Source: Octopus bimaculoides
Lineage: Eukaryota
Reading direction: 5' to 3'
Length of the DNA stretch: 64,000 nucleotides
Assembly (NCBI RefSeq): GCF_001194135.2
Contig: NC_068981.1
Coordinates: 163,061,940-163,125,939 of the forward strand
Made by a program: the position numbers and the translations under genes
Shown: positions 12,593 to 27,000 of the stretch, piece by piece
How positions within the stretch are numbered: position 1 is the first letter of the stretch
Layout of the letters: each line of letters starts with the position of its first letter
Notes under the pieces: model-generated
The model's input: only the letters and a program-made list of their open reading frames with translations
Told to the model about the DNA's origin: nothing
Databases searched by the model: none

Positions 12593-13569
12593 CGAGATAT
12601 ATATATATATATATATATGCTGGTAGATATAAGTAGATAAGTTTTCTATATATATGTAAGTGTGTGTGTGTAGGAGTAAGTACTGTCCACCTTTTTCATC
12701 TACTACCAAATTTCTAAGCTATTTATCATCATTAACTTGAAATTTTCTTTGATCTACAATAGTTAAGATGTCCAGCTTTACTTTTCCTTAGATACTCTGA
12801 CTATAGTTGTTATCACTCTTTTCTTTCTTTCCTTATTACACTGATAAAATATAAATAATAAATTCCTTTGCTTAACTACTATATATAGAATGTTCCAAAT
12901 TTACACAGTTCTCATTTAGCTCTGCCTACCAAGTAAAGTTGGTTGATATCAGTGGATTAAATTAGCATTTTCTTCTGAAGACCTGGCATCTCAAGGTGAT
13001 AATGTGGTCATCTATGTAATGATTATTGCACAATATACTACTATCCACTAGTGAAACACATGTAAAGATTAATTTGTGATGTTATAATAAAGTGTTTAAC
13101 TAAGTCTCCTGCTAAATTCTGCTCTCAGATATACATTCTGTAAATTATATTTAATATTTGATTGGAAGTTGGATATACATGGATTTATATGAAGTGCTAA
13201 GAATTGGTTAACTGTTATGCTATCTAAATATCTACACACACATACACACATATATGTATGTGTGTGTGTATATGTATGATTGTTTGTATAGACAGATAGA
13301 TAGAAATGCTTACCATTCCAAAAGCTACCAATTAAATTGAAGTACACGCAAAATAGTGATAACAGGATCTTCAAGTTGTACTAAGATTTCTTTGATATGG
13401 GACCAAATTAACAAGCTATCATATGAAGGAAATCATTAGTTTAGGGAGGGGTTATTATACCCCCCAAATTATTTTATTCTATTCTGTCCTTTTAAATTTT
13501 TTTGTGATTTAAAAAAATAAACTTGCAAGTGCAACAGCTGGAACCGCTTTCATGAATGTTCTATTAATC

Positions 13570-13782
13570 CTTTCTACTAAAGCACAAGGCCTGGAATTTG
13601 GATAGGGAGCCTAGTCAATTATGTTGATCCCAGTACACAATTGGTATTTATTTCATCAACTCCAAAAGGATGAAAAGTAAAGTTGGCCTTGGTGGAATTT
13701 GAACTCAGAACGTAAAGAAGGACAAAATGCCGCTAAGCATTTTGCCTGGCTTGCTAATGATTCTGACAACTTGCCGCCTTCT
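13570..13782 (-). mobile_element. Single copy of the same SINE
   Basis: Full set of head, core and tail motifs. Confidence 0.75.
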
Positions 13783-13925
13783 GATGTTCTATTAATGCAA
13801 TATATAAATTTATTCAATATGAAAATATTTATTTTCAAATAATAAATGAAGAAAAGAAAATCTACCGCCACTGTTTGGTAACCCCCCCCCCCCACAAAAA
13901 AACTTGGAACACTTCTAAGCCACTT

Positions 13926-14450
13926 TTAACTCTTTTGTCACCAACCTGTCTGTGACTGTTCTGTTTCTCTAATACAAAACTTCATTTCAAGAGTTCACAT
14001 CTAAACCAAAATCTTCCAACTTAATATGTTAGACTGTTATTTTGCTAACATTAATGTGGTAATGAAAATATTTAGTTGTTTTTGTAAATATTTTGCAATG
14101 AATAATAATTTTCAAAATTAATTAAAACCTATAGATAATCTATTTTATTTGAAATAGGGTCATAAAAGAATTATACCCGTCCACCAACCTGATTGAAACT
14201 GACTTTAATACTTCAATACAAAACTTCTTTTTTTTGTATGTGTTCATAATTAAATTTAAATCTTCCATTAACATGTAATATATGAACCTTTTCTTCCAAA
14301 TACCAGCCCAGTTTAATCTATTAAATAATGAAAGATTATTTCTTCTAATAAATATTTCAATAAATCCCTTTGAAATTCTTGATTATTTTCAAAATTAATC
14401 AGAAGAAATAGGTAATGTATTTTGTTGAAATATGGTCACAGAAGGGTTAA
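13926..14450. mobile_element. Second TTAA-flanked MITE family, tandem dimer of a ~260 bp unit
   Basis: ttaactcttttgtcacc...ggtcacagaagggttaa; internal blocks recur near 13970 and 14215; the end motif recurs inverted at 55074. Confidence 0.55.
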
Positions 14451-16479
14451 AAGATTTAATTATGGAGCTGTCACGAATTGTTACAGAATGAAAATATTCA
14501 AACTAATAACACTGAAAAACCCTGTCTGCAACTGAGACAGAACTTATCCATTTTACAACTGGGCCAGAACATGGTGGTTTGAAAAATAGCAAGAACTGTT
14601 TGAATTTTCTGACATTAATTGAAATTCAGCTAAAATTTACAAATAACCAATTTGCTCAGAACACATTTATTCCCATCAGATACAGAAATTAAAAGGAATT
14701 AGGACTATAAGGAGCTGGAAAAAAAGAAAAAGAAGACATCAAGCTAGAAATTAGATGGAATTCTTTAGAGAAATATTAAAATACAAAGTGCTTTACAAGT
14801 TGAGCCTGTCTCGCTAAAAGGACAAAATGACTGTGCTAGTACCATGATAAAGTAGCTAAGGAACAAACAACATATTCCTAACCAATCACAGAAAGCTAAC
14901 TTCAAAAATAATAAATTAAAACTTCTCTAAGATGTAAGAGTAATTAAAATTAAGTTCCTACATATGAATATATATGTGTATTTTATTCAAACTAAATGTT
15001 TTTTAGACTTGACATTTGTATTGAGTTCCTTGTCAGTTATTGTTACTTAGTGTTTTCAAGAATTATTATACACGCATACATTTTTTCAATATAGTTCTTG
15101 TTAATGTTCTAGTACCAGGTTTCCTGCTGATGGAGACAAGTGTTTTTTCAACTACAGTTCAAAACACAAATGACACTTCCCCCAGCTATAATGGTGGAGT
15201 ATCATTTGTGATTTAATTTTTGAAGTCTGGTTGAAAAAAAATAATCATCTTTGTCAGCAGGTATCTCATGTACCAGAAAATTAACAATAATTCTTATAAA
15301 AAGAAATGTTAATCTACCTTCTTAATGTTGAGTACTCACTGTACCCACAAGTGTGTGTATGTATGTGTGTGTACACATACATACATAACAAAAATATGTA
15401 TGTATATAGCTAATATCTTTTTGTCAGCAATATTAAGTGACTGTGAAAGATCACATGGCAAATGATACCTAGCCTGTCCTTCAATTCCAAACTAGCTTTA
15501 ATGTACTTAAAATATATTTCTTTTTAACACAGCACAATTCTGAATGATTAGCAGCAGGTTTTGATAGTCATTCCTTTCCAAAAAGGAGAACAATACTAGC
15601 AAGGTAAAATGGTTCTATACAATGTTATCAGTATTTCTTACCCTGTCCTCCCTACAATATTTATTCTGTAAATAATTAAAAAAAAAAAAAAAAGTCAAGA
15701 AGATGATGCAAAAATGAATATACTATATTAATTACAAGAAAAATTAGAGCTTGTTCTGAATAAGAAGTTAAATGCTATGAAGATGTCCACATCATTTCTA
15801 ACTATAAATAGTTGTTGGTTAATGTGAAGAGATGGGCTCTGGTCAGTGGTAGATGTCAAACAAAAGGTTTTAGTGAACCTTCCATATATAAATACAATGA
15901 CGTTTGTCTACAGACAACCTTTGGCAATCTAAAAAGAGAGCTTCTATGCAGTTGCTTCCCCCAATAGAAATAGAAAAATTACATCAAATCACACTATTCC
16001 TTAAAAAAAAAAGTTGGGCACATCTAATTCTAGATATGCAAATAGACAAACTTGATCATGGCTAGAACATCTTTAAGCATGTGTTTGTTTATTTAGAGAT
16101 AAACAACAATAGTAAACTGCTTTTGTTCCCAGTCATAGATGGAACATGGATACATAAGAGAATAATTCTACTGCATAACAGATGCTGGTTTCATCCTTAT
16201 TAAGTGAAGCCCTCATCAATTTAAATCAACTTCCCTGTTAAAAAAAAACATGCACCCACAAAACTTTGAATAATGTGGTGCAGAGTCAACATTTTATTAA
16301 ATACTTATACAACTCCAACTAAATGTATTGAGTGCTACATTCTTTAATTTGTTCATGCATTCATATAACTGCTCCACTCATGTTTTTTTTATTTTTAAGA
16401 TAATAGAGTATAATTTGAGCTTCAGCCTTGAGAATATCGATGTAGATTTGATAAACAACATGAAAAAATTAAAATTCAA

Positions 16480-16852
16480 AGGTGCAGGAGTGGCTGTGTG
16501 GTAAGGAGTTTGTTAACCAACCACATGGTTCTGGGTTCAGTCCCACTGCGTGGCACCTTGGGCGAGTGTCTTCTACTATAGCCTCAGGCCGACCAAAGCC
16601 TTGTGAGTAGATTTCGTAGATGGAAACTGAAAGAAGCCTGTCATGTATGTGTGTGTGTGTGTTTGTGTGTCCGTGTTTGTCCCCCCGCCATCGCTTGACA
16701 ACCAATGCTGGTGTGTTTACGTCCCCGTAACCTAGCGGTTCGGCAAAAGAGACCGATAGAATAAGTGCTAGGCTTACAAAGAATAAGTCTTGGGGTTGAT
16801 TTGCTCGACTAAAGGCTGTGCTCCAGCATGGCCGCATGAAACAAGTAACAGA
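16480..16852 (+). mobile_element. Full-length tRNA-derived SINE, second family, with internal (GT)n
   Basis: A box tggctgtgtggtaagg, B box ggttcagtccc, ggcaccttgggcgagtgtcttctactatagcc. Partial copies at ~930, 6985, 39095, 39595, 41625, 51660, 52370, 54480, 55500, 57140 and 60015. Confidence 0.8.
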
Positions 16853-18021
16853 ATCCTTCTAGCTCCTTTCTAGACACTTGAAACATTTACATGACAAACA
16901 TCAAATGATCACCAAAAGTACACATTCTTGTTAATAAGACAAAAAACACAGGAAACAAAACACATCCTTGCAGTACAACAAGAAAGCCAACCTTTCTCTT
17001 CAAGCTATTGGCCACTAAGTACCTGGAAATACCAGCCAATGCCTTGCTGGCTTATGCACAATTGCTGCAGGGTATATAACCTGGCAGCCGTGCTTATCAC
17101 ACAATCTCACATGTAACTTCATGCTACCAAATTGTTTACTTTTCCAAATGATATACCCAGCAGAATGCCAACTAACTGATGCCAACATGGAGCAAGTAAT
17201 GAAAGAACTGATGTTACTAGATAGTTAAAACACCCATTGTGATCTGAACTGACCATGGAAAGCCTAAATATTCTAACCTTGAAACCGTTTAAAATTTCTT
17301 TTAAAATTTCTCTCCATTCTGATGATGCTGCCATGTTTTGTACCCAAGAAATTTTATGTGGAGCCAATTCAACTGGCTATTAAACACACACATACACCAA
17401 ACAAGGGTTCTTCCTTAGCATGAAATGAAGCCTGGAACCACTGTGTGTTACACAACAACTTATAATTAGAAAAAGAAAAAAAACTAAACAAAGACCCTAT
17501 TTTTTGTGACACCAAGTGTAACTTTCATGACTAGCCCTTGTGTATGTAACAGCCAATGTGTGTATCTCTACAATGGAATATATCAACATGTAGAAGGCAC
17601 ACAAATAGTAGTAGATATCTTCATTATCAAACAATACAGAATGGATTAAGGAGCTGAATTTGTGTATGAGTGGAGAAACAAGAATGAAAGCATGAGCTAC
17701 TGTAGAGATAATACTTTAGACAAAAAAAAAAACAAAACAAAAAAAAACACACATCTCTACATGGTTTCTTAATCTGCTAAAAATAGCACTAATCTCCCTC
17801 AAATCACACTTTACAAAAAGACACTTTGGATAATGTCCTGGAAGAGACAGTATGCTTTTGATTATATAGGTTTGTCTGATTAGGGTTGTCCAAGGGCTAA
17901 ACAACAACACTGAACTATGAGAAACAAAAAAAAGAAAGCGACAAAAAAAAAAATAAAATAAAGCAAAAAGTCAATATCGAGATGTCACATGCAGAAGAAA
18001 CTAGTAAACACAGACACTGAC

Positions 18022-18169
18022 CTTGTGCTGCACCGCCATCGTGACCTGATACTGCTTGCTGTGCTGCTGCAGCTGCTGCTGTTTTAGCTGCATATAAATT
18101 TGCTTCTTCCTGCGCTTTACCAATATTTTTTTTATACCGAATTCGTTTATTTCCAAACCAGTTCGATAC
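18022..18169 (-). CDS. PBX: PBX homeodomain helix 3 and Ala-rich tail: [49 protein letters not shown]
   Basis: Acceptor gctgcag|GTATCG, donor CAAG|gtcagt; 148 nt, ends in phase 1. Confidence 0.97.
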
Positions 18170-20667
18170 CTGCAGCGAAAAGATTTGAGAAATCTTAGGG
18201 GCAAAGGTGCAGACAAGTTTAACACAGAGCAAACACAATAAATTATTCATCAAAGGATATTTTGAACACTCTGAATCATTAAAGACACAAACACAACACA
18301 ATACAAGGTATAGAACAGAAGAAACCCAGTCACAGGCATTGTATTTGGTATTTATTGTTTTAACAAATATTTCGTGTAAAAAAAAAATTTAAAAACCCCC
18401 AAAATTCTCAAATTAATCATAGTTATTTAACAGCTGTTTCTTTTGGCTTTGTGCTTCCTAATTCAGCTCAGTATACACTTTTGATCAAAGGCATCAAGAC
18501 AATGCTCATCATATCTTTGTTCAAAATATAATGTCTCCAGGATTACATTTTCAGAATGAATGTCTCCTCTTCATTTAATTGACTAACACCCTTTCCCTCT
18601 TCGGTTGCATTTGTGCCAATATTAGACAACATTAATATCTAATTCAATTTTTGTTTTTCTAATCAGTTAGTCAGATGATGACAGCAGTGTCCATGACCCC
18701 TGTAGGTTCTTCCAAACTGATGAGGGTGATGCGGTTGATATCCAACTCGAACATCAGCAAAGAGCAAACTGAAAGTCTGATCCAAAGGCCTGTAACAGAA
18801 TAAACCCTGTTAAAGGTAACAACAACCATGTGGCAGAACAAAAACCTGCTAGATTGAAGGATGAATTGACAATTAAATGATATAACACAAATTCACACAA
18901 AAACATATATATGAGAAACATATTTCATTTGCTGAAATTGAACAGATCATGCTTGTATGCATTGGATGAGCATTATGCTGCATAATTTGCATCTTAATTC
19001 CATTGACAAACAAAGGCAACTATTATGAACAAATATGCCAGACATAATTTTCCTTTCTTTTTATACCCGCTTATTTAAAAAAAATTTTTTTTACCAAATA
19101 CGTATGTAACAATACTGTGACTAATATCTGAAGGTATATAACCATGAACCAATTAATGAAAAGGTTAAATAGTTTACATAAGTCATTCATAGAATGATGA
19201 ATAACAACAATACATAAAAAAAAAAAAAAAAACCATGCAAAACAAAATGTGTGTTTTATTTTTGTTTTGCCAAACAGAAAACAATTTTGTGTTAAAATAG
19301 CTTTACAATGATTTTGGAATTCACAGAAAGAATTATACATAGAAATGATGTAATGATCAAAGTTACAAATTATTGACAACAATAAAAACTATCAAACATA
19401 AATTTTTAAAAAAATCCAACATACTTTCAAGCAATAAAATAAAATGTAAAATGACTGTTACATTCTGATACTGCAATTTCACCTACTTAAACAAATAAAC
19501 TAAACAGTATATAATGCATTTAATTTCGTTTTTTTTTTTCTTTTTCTTTGTGTAAAATAGATCAAGAGACTTTGTAGTAGCTGAAATTTCACTATGTCTA
19601 GAAGTTAGAAAATTTAAAGACAAAAGCAAATTAATAAAATTAGCAAAAAGAAAAACGAAAAATGAATTTTAGATTTTGTAAGTGATCATGTAAAACATTT
19701 CAAATGAGCCATATAAAAATTGCAGAAAATATTTTTAGTTGTAATTTTGTGTGTGTGTGTATGAGGTTATATCATGCTGAAGAGATTTCTATAAAGAATG
19801 AAATGCAGTAATATACATGATTATCACTTGACTAGAAATTTTAAGGAATTTGTAGTAAGTAATGAATGAAAGAATGAATAAATAAATAAATAAATATGTG
19901 AGTTCTCTACATCTTTTTCCTAATAATTTCTTAATTTCAAATCCAAATTCCCAATCCTGCCAAACATTATGAAGAAATGATTATCTCCCTTGTAATTGCT
20001 TCTTAGGGGAAAATATGCATGCGTGTGTGTGAGTGTGTGTATTCAAAGTTGAGACCTCTCTGAAACTCCTTTGAGTTTCTCATTCTGTTCTCACAGCAAC
20101 TTACAATGAGGCCTTTTTTTTTTTCTCTTTCACATTATACATACATCTTTGCAGATCTTCCCAGACTAAGATTACGTGTGTATATATGTGTGTGTGTGTA
20201 TGCATACTCACACACAGTTTCTTTTTCCCCCTTTCACACTTTTTCTCTCCCTATATCAACACAAAATGAATCTACGGTTATACATGGGTAAACAAATGTA
20301 ATGTTAAGTGAAGTGTAGATTCCAAATGTTTAGGTTTCAGACTTAGTCAGCAGAAAATGAAAGCTACCATGATGCTTTATGAGTGAAATATTTCAAACCA
20401 AGTATGTATGTCTATAAATACATACATATGTATACACACACACATGCATACAGAGAAACATTTACACACACACACACCTTCTGTTTATCTGCAGAAATAT
20501 AGTTTATATTTGTCCATGTAATTATGATCTCATTATTGTGTCCATTCACACATCTCCATTGATATAAATTCATTCATAGGTTGTTTTTTTCCCTTATAAG
20601 TCGATCATTTTCTATTTATCAATTATTCTTCAGGCAGTTATTGTTTACACTGCCCCTTCAGTCTAGG

Positions 20668-20697
<30 letters not shown>

Positions 20698-20700
<3 letters not shown>

Positions 20701-21256
20701 GCCCTGATGCAGTACTAGACTGTGGCATGCCCTGATATAGTACCTGACTGGAAGTGCTATCATGTACATTGTTTAGTCTTGGTATAAAAGATGGGCCACA
20801 GCAAATATTCTGCTCAATACCACAGACTTGCTTGTCAGCTGCTTGACCTTAACCATTTGAGTATGTCCCTTAGTGGCTGACAATATGTGCATCTCTGATC
20901 ATGAGCAGAAGTAGTGGGGGAAGCATCATAGCCAAGTGTCGAGAGGAATTTTTTGGGGTTTGGATAATTCACCTCTGGAAACATGGGTGTTTCGTTCAAC
21001 ATCTTTAAACAACTCTTATTCAGGGACCTTTTGAGCGGGATGGGCTACTCGACCTGAAGAAAATTCTAACCAGGCCCCACCTGCAAAATCATGCACTGTT
21101 TATCTTCATATGAGATCACCATGGCATGCACATATGGTTGTGATGCATGTGCCTGGTGTACCCTTATTCGATGGGTATACTGGGTTTCGTATATTTTACC
21201 CCAGTGTCAATTTGATGGCATGCACAGCTCTCTCACTCAATAATAATAATAATAAT
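20698..21256 (+). mobile_element. Unclassified ~550 bp interspersed repeat flanked by (AAT)n
   Basis: Collinear with 29065-29545. Confidence 0.7.
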
Positions 21257-21444
21257 GACAGAACATGCTCAGAAAACAGCTTTATTGGGGACAGCGAGGA
21301 TCTTGAGATTGGTACTTGGGTGTTAAGTATTATAGAAAGAGACTCTGTGAGACTTTTAACAACAGGTTGCTGTCTGCTCTCACAGAATTAACTGGAGTAA
21401 ATGAAATTGAGAGTTCTGAGTAGTGAAATGAAAATAATAATAAT

Positions 21445-21645
21445 CCTTTTTACTATAGGCACAAGGCCTGAAATTTTGGGGGAGTGGGCTAGTTGGTTAC
21501 ATCGACTCTAGTGCTCTACATCAATGCCGGAAGGATGAAAGGCAACATCAACCTTGGCAGAGTTCGAACTCAAAACACAAAGATAGACAAAAAGCCACCA
21601 AGCATTTTGCCTTGTGAGTTAACAATTCTGCCAGCTTGCTGCCTT
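21445..21645 (-). mobile_element. Single copy of the same SINE, internally deleted
   Basis: Tail cctttttactataggcacaaggcctg; head ttctgccagcttgctgcctt. Confidence 0.7.
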
Positions 21646-21648
21646 AGA

Positions 21649-21649
<1 letters not shown>

Positions 21650-21681
<32 letters not shown>

Positions 21682-21682
21682 C

Positions 21683-21749
<67 letters not shown>

Positions 21750-21797
21750 GCAGCAGCAGCAACAACAACAACAACCACAACAACAACAACAACAACA
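21650..21797 (+). repeat. Compound microsatellite (TAC)n(CAA)n(CAG)n(CAA)n
   Basis: Read directly. Confidence 0.95.
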
Positions 21798-22802
21798 AAA
21801 ATAACAATTTTGGGATACAGTGACAATAGAATTGGATAGAATGTTGAATACTAATCAGAATTATGAGCTCTTTACCAGTATATGTTGCAAAAAGAACCAA
21901 CACCACAATAGCATAACTAACTAACATACCAAGAAGCATTGCAACAATGGAGGTGAAGCTAGACTTCTACATCATTGATGCTGTAGTTGTTGCTAGCCCT
22001 GCGCCACTGCCAACCCACCCCACTCACTCTGATCCAACAGACCACTGATCAAAGGCGCCTCAAACAGTAACCATCTTGAATTGTCTTTGTTTCTTAAGAT
22101 GTCATCATAATCGACACCATTATCACCTCATTGTCTCATTTCTATATACTCACATATATGAAAGAGATCAGCTCTGATAGAGCAGATAGATCTATAATCA
22201 CAAAGGTCTTCCAGCTCTCTTTCTCTCTCAATGCTACATTTCTTCAGGAATAGTTACTTCTTGAAATGAGTATCCGCATGCTGCTTCTTCGTATCATTTC
22301 TCCTCCTTTACTATTTTACATTTATTTCTCTATGATTAGAATAGCCATGTTTTTCTAGTTAAAACAATTGTTTTCACAGCCAGATTTCCTTCCTCAGACC
22401 ACATCACTCAGCCATAAAATGTCATACAAGGAGAGAAAGAAAGAGAACGAGAGTAAAAATAAGACAATGGCAGTGGTTGTAGTTGGGCTTGAACTCACAA
22501 CTATATGGTTAGTGGTTAGGCAAATTAACCACACACACCTCGATTACTGTGTCTTACAGGAGAGCCTATTTACTCTGCAAGAAACAGCAACTAGATCTCC
22601 ATAATCTGATTAGTTATGAATGAAGTTTCATATTCCAATAAACTGGAACACAACAAAACAAGAGCGAAGGGGGAGCCCCTCCCACCAACTATATATATAA
22701 ATAAAAGAGAAATGAGATATTTTACCCAAAGATTTTGAGAAGCGGAAGTAAACTACTCCACCCAGATGCACTCCTGCACAAGCATAAGCACATGCACTCT
22801 TC

Positions 22803-22837
<35 letters not shown>

Positions 22838-23790
22838 GAGGAATCTGAAAATAATATTTCTAAAAAGTGCTGTAAACTGAAATGCTCAATAAACAAACCA
22901 TTAAACAGAACTTTAAAATGATCTGAAATATGAATCACATATGTGAATGAGGTATATGTATGTGTGTGTGTGTGTGTGAACATTTATATATATTCATTCA
23001 TGAGAGTACAAGAGCAAACGAGACAGTGTGCATATGTGTGTATGTGTCTGTTAGGTTAAGAGTTTTTATAAATGACTGAAATAGGTTTGTTTTAATGGAT
23101 GCAATTTTATTGAAAATAAGACACAAGTGGGCAGACATAAATTCAGTGATGAATTCAGAGCAATGGATAAGGTGGAGAGTATATATGCAGATGAGGGTGG
23201 GTGTGTGGGTGTGTGTGTGTGTGTGTGTTTCTCACATGCACTGTCATCAGATGCAAAAAAACTGCCTTTTCCATAGCTATGACAAAAACTGAATTAAAAT
23301 ATATGAAAATAAAATAAAAAATAAATAAATAGAATTTATGAAATCATTAGATGGGTGTAGTAGATAATTTACTCGTATTTATTGACTGACAGTGATGGTA
23401 ATTTATTTTTGATGTAATTAAGCAAAGGCATTAAAGAATTTGGATAGGTGTAAGTAATGGGCAACTGCCTTAATTTCAACCAGTTAAAAACAAATAAACA
23501 AACAAACAACAAAAAGCACATGGATGATTTAGTTTAAATAATATATTTATAAGTGTTTGTATGACATAGCACAGCAGCATGAAATTACCCAAAATCAACA
23601 AAATATACAAAAAAAAACCCCAAAAACATGTAATCAATAAATACAATTAGAGAAATATGGTAGCATTCTCTGAAGGCACTTAAATTACATTTGGAGAAAA
23701 AAAAAACAAAAAAAACTGATGTTCCGAATGGTTGTGGTCAACCTAGGGTGATGTTTCCATACCAAATTGATCTTCTATTTGACTGGATCT

Positions 23791-24006
23791 TCAACCATTC
23801 AGATTATTCTGCCAAATCTAATGCTTATTTATTCACACTGATTTGAATTAATTATGCATTATCTTGTTGCTTTGGGATTTCAGTATGATTGTATATTTTT
23901 AGAATGACATATCTGGATAAGTATGAGTCCAGATCTGGTTGGTTTGAACATAAAACAAGCAGAATATTTAGGCAAGATTTGGCTGGTTTAAATGCTAAAG
24001 GGTTAA
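23791..24006. mobile_element. piggyBac-type MITE, same family, left end decayed
   Basis: Ends atgctaaagggttaa; internal similarity to 43235-43462. Confidence 0.65.
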
Positions 24007-27000
24007 GCCTACAAGTGGGCTATTATATCGTTCAGTCTACAAGAGTTGCCAAATCACATACTGAATCACCACTGATTCAAAGAAAGGTCACATTGGATAA
24101 TGTAGTCTTAGATGGGCTATGCATGAAGAACAAAATGACCCAGTGGTTATGGCTGGAAGAATTTTAATCATGCCTGCTTGATCAGAACTGATTTAATAGA
24201 TAAGACAAAGTAGTCCTGGGTGGGATTTGAACCATTGTCCAACATTTCACATCTTTCTTTTTTAATTCATGGTCATGTAGATTTCTACTTGATGTTAGAA
24301 CTGGGTGTTTGGATTTTTGCAGCTGAATATAAGTGTTGGTGCTAAAGAGTCAACTACCAATCAGAAACATAAACTGATTATTAACCATGCATTAATGCAC
24401 TTCTTAGAAACATCACACACACACACACACTCACACAGTTGTATCATGAGTGGGTCATTCATTATGACTGCAATAAACACACACTTCTTTATTTGTCATT
24501 TTGCCAATTGGTTAACAGCTCAATCAATTAGGTTTATCAAAGTCCTTTCATTGCCATTTGTGATCTCATCAACAGCATGCAGAGACTGTTTCAGATCTGT
24601 CTGTCCATCAGGTCAGTCTCTCTCCTGGTTTACAGGTTCTATATTTATGAGTGAGAATGTATGTGAGAGAGGGACTGAGAATGGGGAAAAAAGAATGTAT
24701 AGGCATATATGAGAGCATATATGTGCATTTGTGTGGTGTAATGAACTCTGTGAGAGAATGTGTGTGTGTGCCCAAAATTTACACACACACACACACATAA
24801 CCTTTGAAACAGGAATCAATATAATCTGAATCCAGCCAGGAAGACAGCTAAGTAATATCTCACTGCCCTTCTTGCTGCTGACAAAAACAAACAAAAAAAA
24901 CCCAAAACACCTACACTCTTAACATCTTGTGTAACATGAATCTATACAGCATTGCATCTGTCTGTCAGTAACATCTGAAAACCACAAGAATTTAACCAGC
25001 CTTGTTTATATTTGTTTTAAAAGAAGTCGGAACTGCCTAATCCAAGGGAGAAAACTTTAATGTCTTCCTCTATCAGTTACATCATTCTGTATCATGCATT
25101 AACACTGATCCATGTGTTGCAATTTTTTTGTCTGAAATCAATTTATTCAAATTTTCATTGAAAAATGGTCACTAGTCATTATTCAAGTGACAAGTCATTA
25201 ATGAATTAAAGGTAGATAAGACATTAGATGTGATACCCTCAACGATATATCAATTTCTTCCTTGCACATTATGTCTGTCTGTCTTCAATCCATCAAATTT
25301 TTACAGTTAAAGACTCAGGCAATATATTACTTCAAGATTGATTGGGCACTGAAGCTTTTGCAGATGTAGTTGGTCCAATCTAGGACTTAATGAGAGGGCT
25401 GCTACATTCTCCTCTTGAGATCTTGTAAGTGATATCACTCTTGAGACTAATATTTGAATGCAGAACAAAAGGAAGAGGTCAACTTTATTCTTACATACAT
25501 CGATAAAATTCATACATACTTGATTTTGTTGTTTTTGATGAAAGTAACAGTTTACTTACAAATGTCATAATAGATAAGGTGCAAAAAGGTCAGGAACAAA
25601 AATTTTTTCCGATGTTTATGTGTTTATGTCTCTGTTATGATAATAATCCAAGGAGCTTTCTCCTGATGGTTCTTTCTTTTTGGATTGCTTGGCACTTCTT
25701 TATCCAATCTCACCCTCCATAAGTATCATGTGACTGTGCCAGTGAAGTCTTCTCGTTAGTATGCTAAATTTAATTTTTCCTATACCTACCAAACTTTTCC
25801 CTCAACTCATTTACGCTATGTCTATCTATTTACACAGAATGCAAGATAAATCAGAAGAATTGAAATAAATTTAAATAATGCAAAAACTCACTATAGATTA
25901 TAAGAAAATATTAAAAGAATGTAAGCACATTCTTTCTGTATAACTGACGTATTAGAAAAAAAAACAAAGTCTTCAGATAGACTGTTTTACAGTTTGTTGC
26001 CTACTCCTCAGGGAAAACATACCTGGCTTCTTTCCTTAATCAATATGAGCTGCTAATAAAGCAGCCATAAATTAGGTTAACAAAGTGATGGATAGCCTAA
26101 TTTGGATATTTGTGCTTTTGGTGGCTTGTCATTAACTAAACGATGTCTATTTACACAGCATAAATCATAAGAAATTAAATTCAAATATCATTGTGAATTA
26201 AAGAAGAATAAGAATGTAAACACATTCTTTCTATACTATTGATGGTCAAAAAAGAAAGTAGGCATTGACTGACTGACAGTTTTACACTTTGTTGCACACG
26301 AACATTAATCCTCTAACAGAGCATACTTTGCACATCCTCTTCAATAAGCACCCTATTTCACAAGCATTCATCACACTTTGAACACAAGCATCACACAATC
26401 TGCTGAACGCTTTTCTTGCAAATCAAACACGACCACTAGTGTATTCTTTTCTGCCACTAAAAACTTCTCACATTGACTATGTCCTTGAGACCACACTCTA
26501 CAATCTTAAAAATCACAGAGCATATTGAATAATAATCTTTTAGATAGACTACACCAGAACAAAAAATAAATAAATAAAATTAAGGTGGTCTACTTGATTA
26601 GATCTGACAAACAGCAGTACAACTACAGTAATACTGTACTCACATTACTAACACAACCTGTACTCACATTACTAACATTAACCTACAACACACTAACAAG
26701 AGAGCTTCTATATCATGAAACAACCATGTAGATACATTAGCCAAATCTACATCAAATCATTGCTGACCATTTTACAATAGGGTAAGATATATCAGATAAG
26801 GGAATCTGAACATGAACACCTTTAATTATAGGTCTAGTGGACAGGAGTTAGCCTGGGGTTGAAAAACAATAACTATTTGAAAAGAATCAATATGGAAATA
26901 TGTATGATGAAATAAAGTGGTTTTTTTTGTTTTTTTTTTGTGCCTTTGGTTTCTCAGCTAATCGCCTTAAACTAAGAAACAATAAGAAAACAAAAATACT

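Noticed and set aside
21493-21939. PolyQ, polyL and polyV ORFs
   Set aside because: Translations of a triplet microsatellite plus a SINE; no splice signals or domain
26635-26682. Short tandem duplication containing TACTAAC (also 2778-2830 and 28664-28692)
   Set aside because: The branch-point-like motif is on the non-transcribed strand; ordinary slippage duplications
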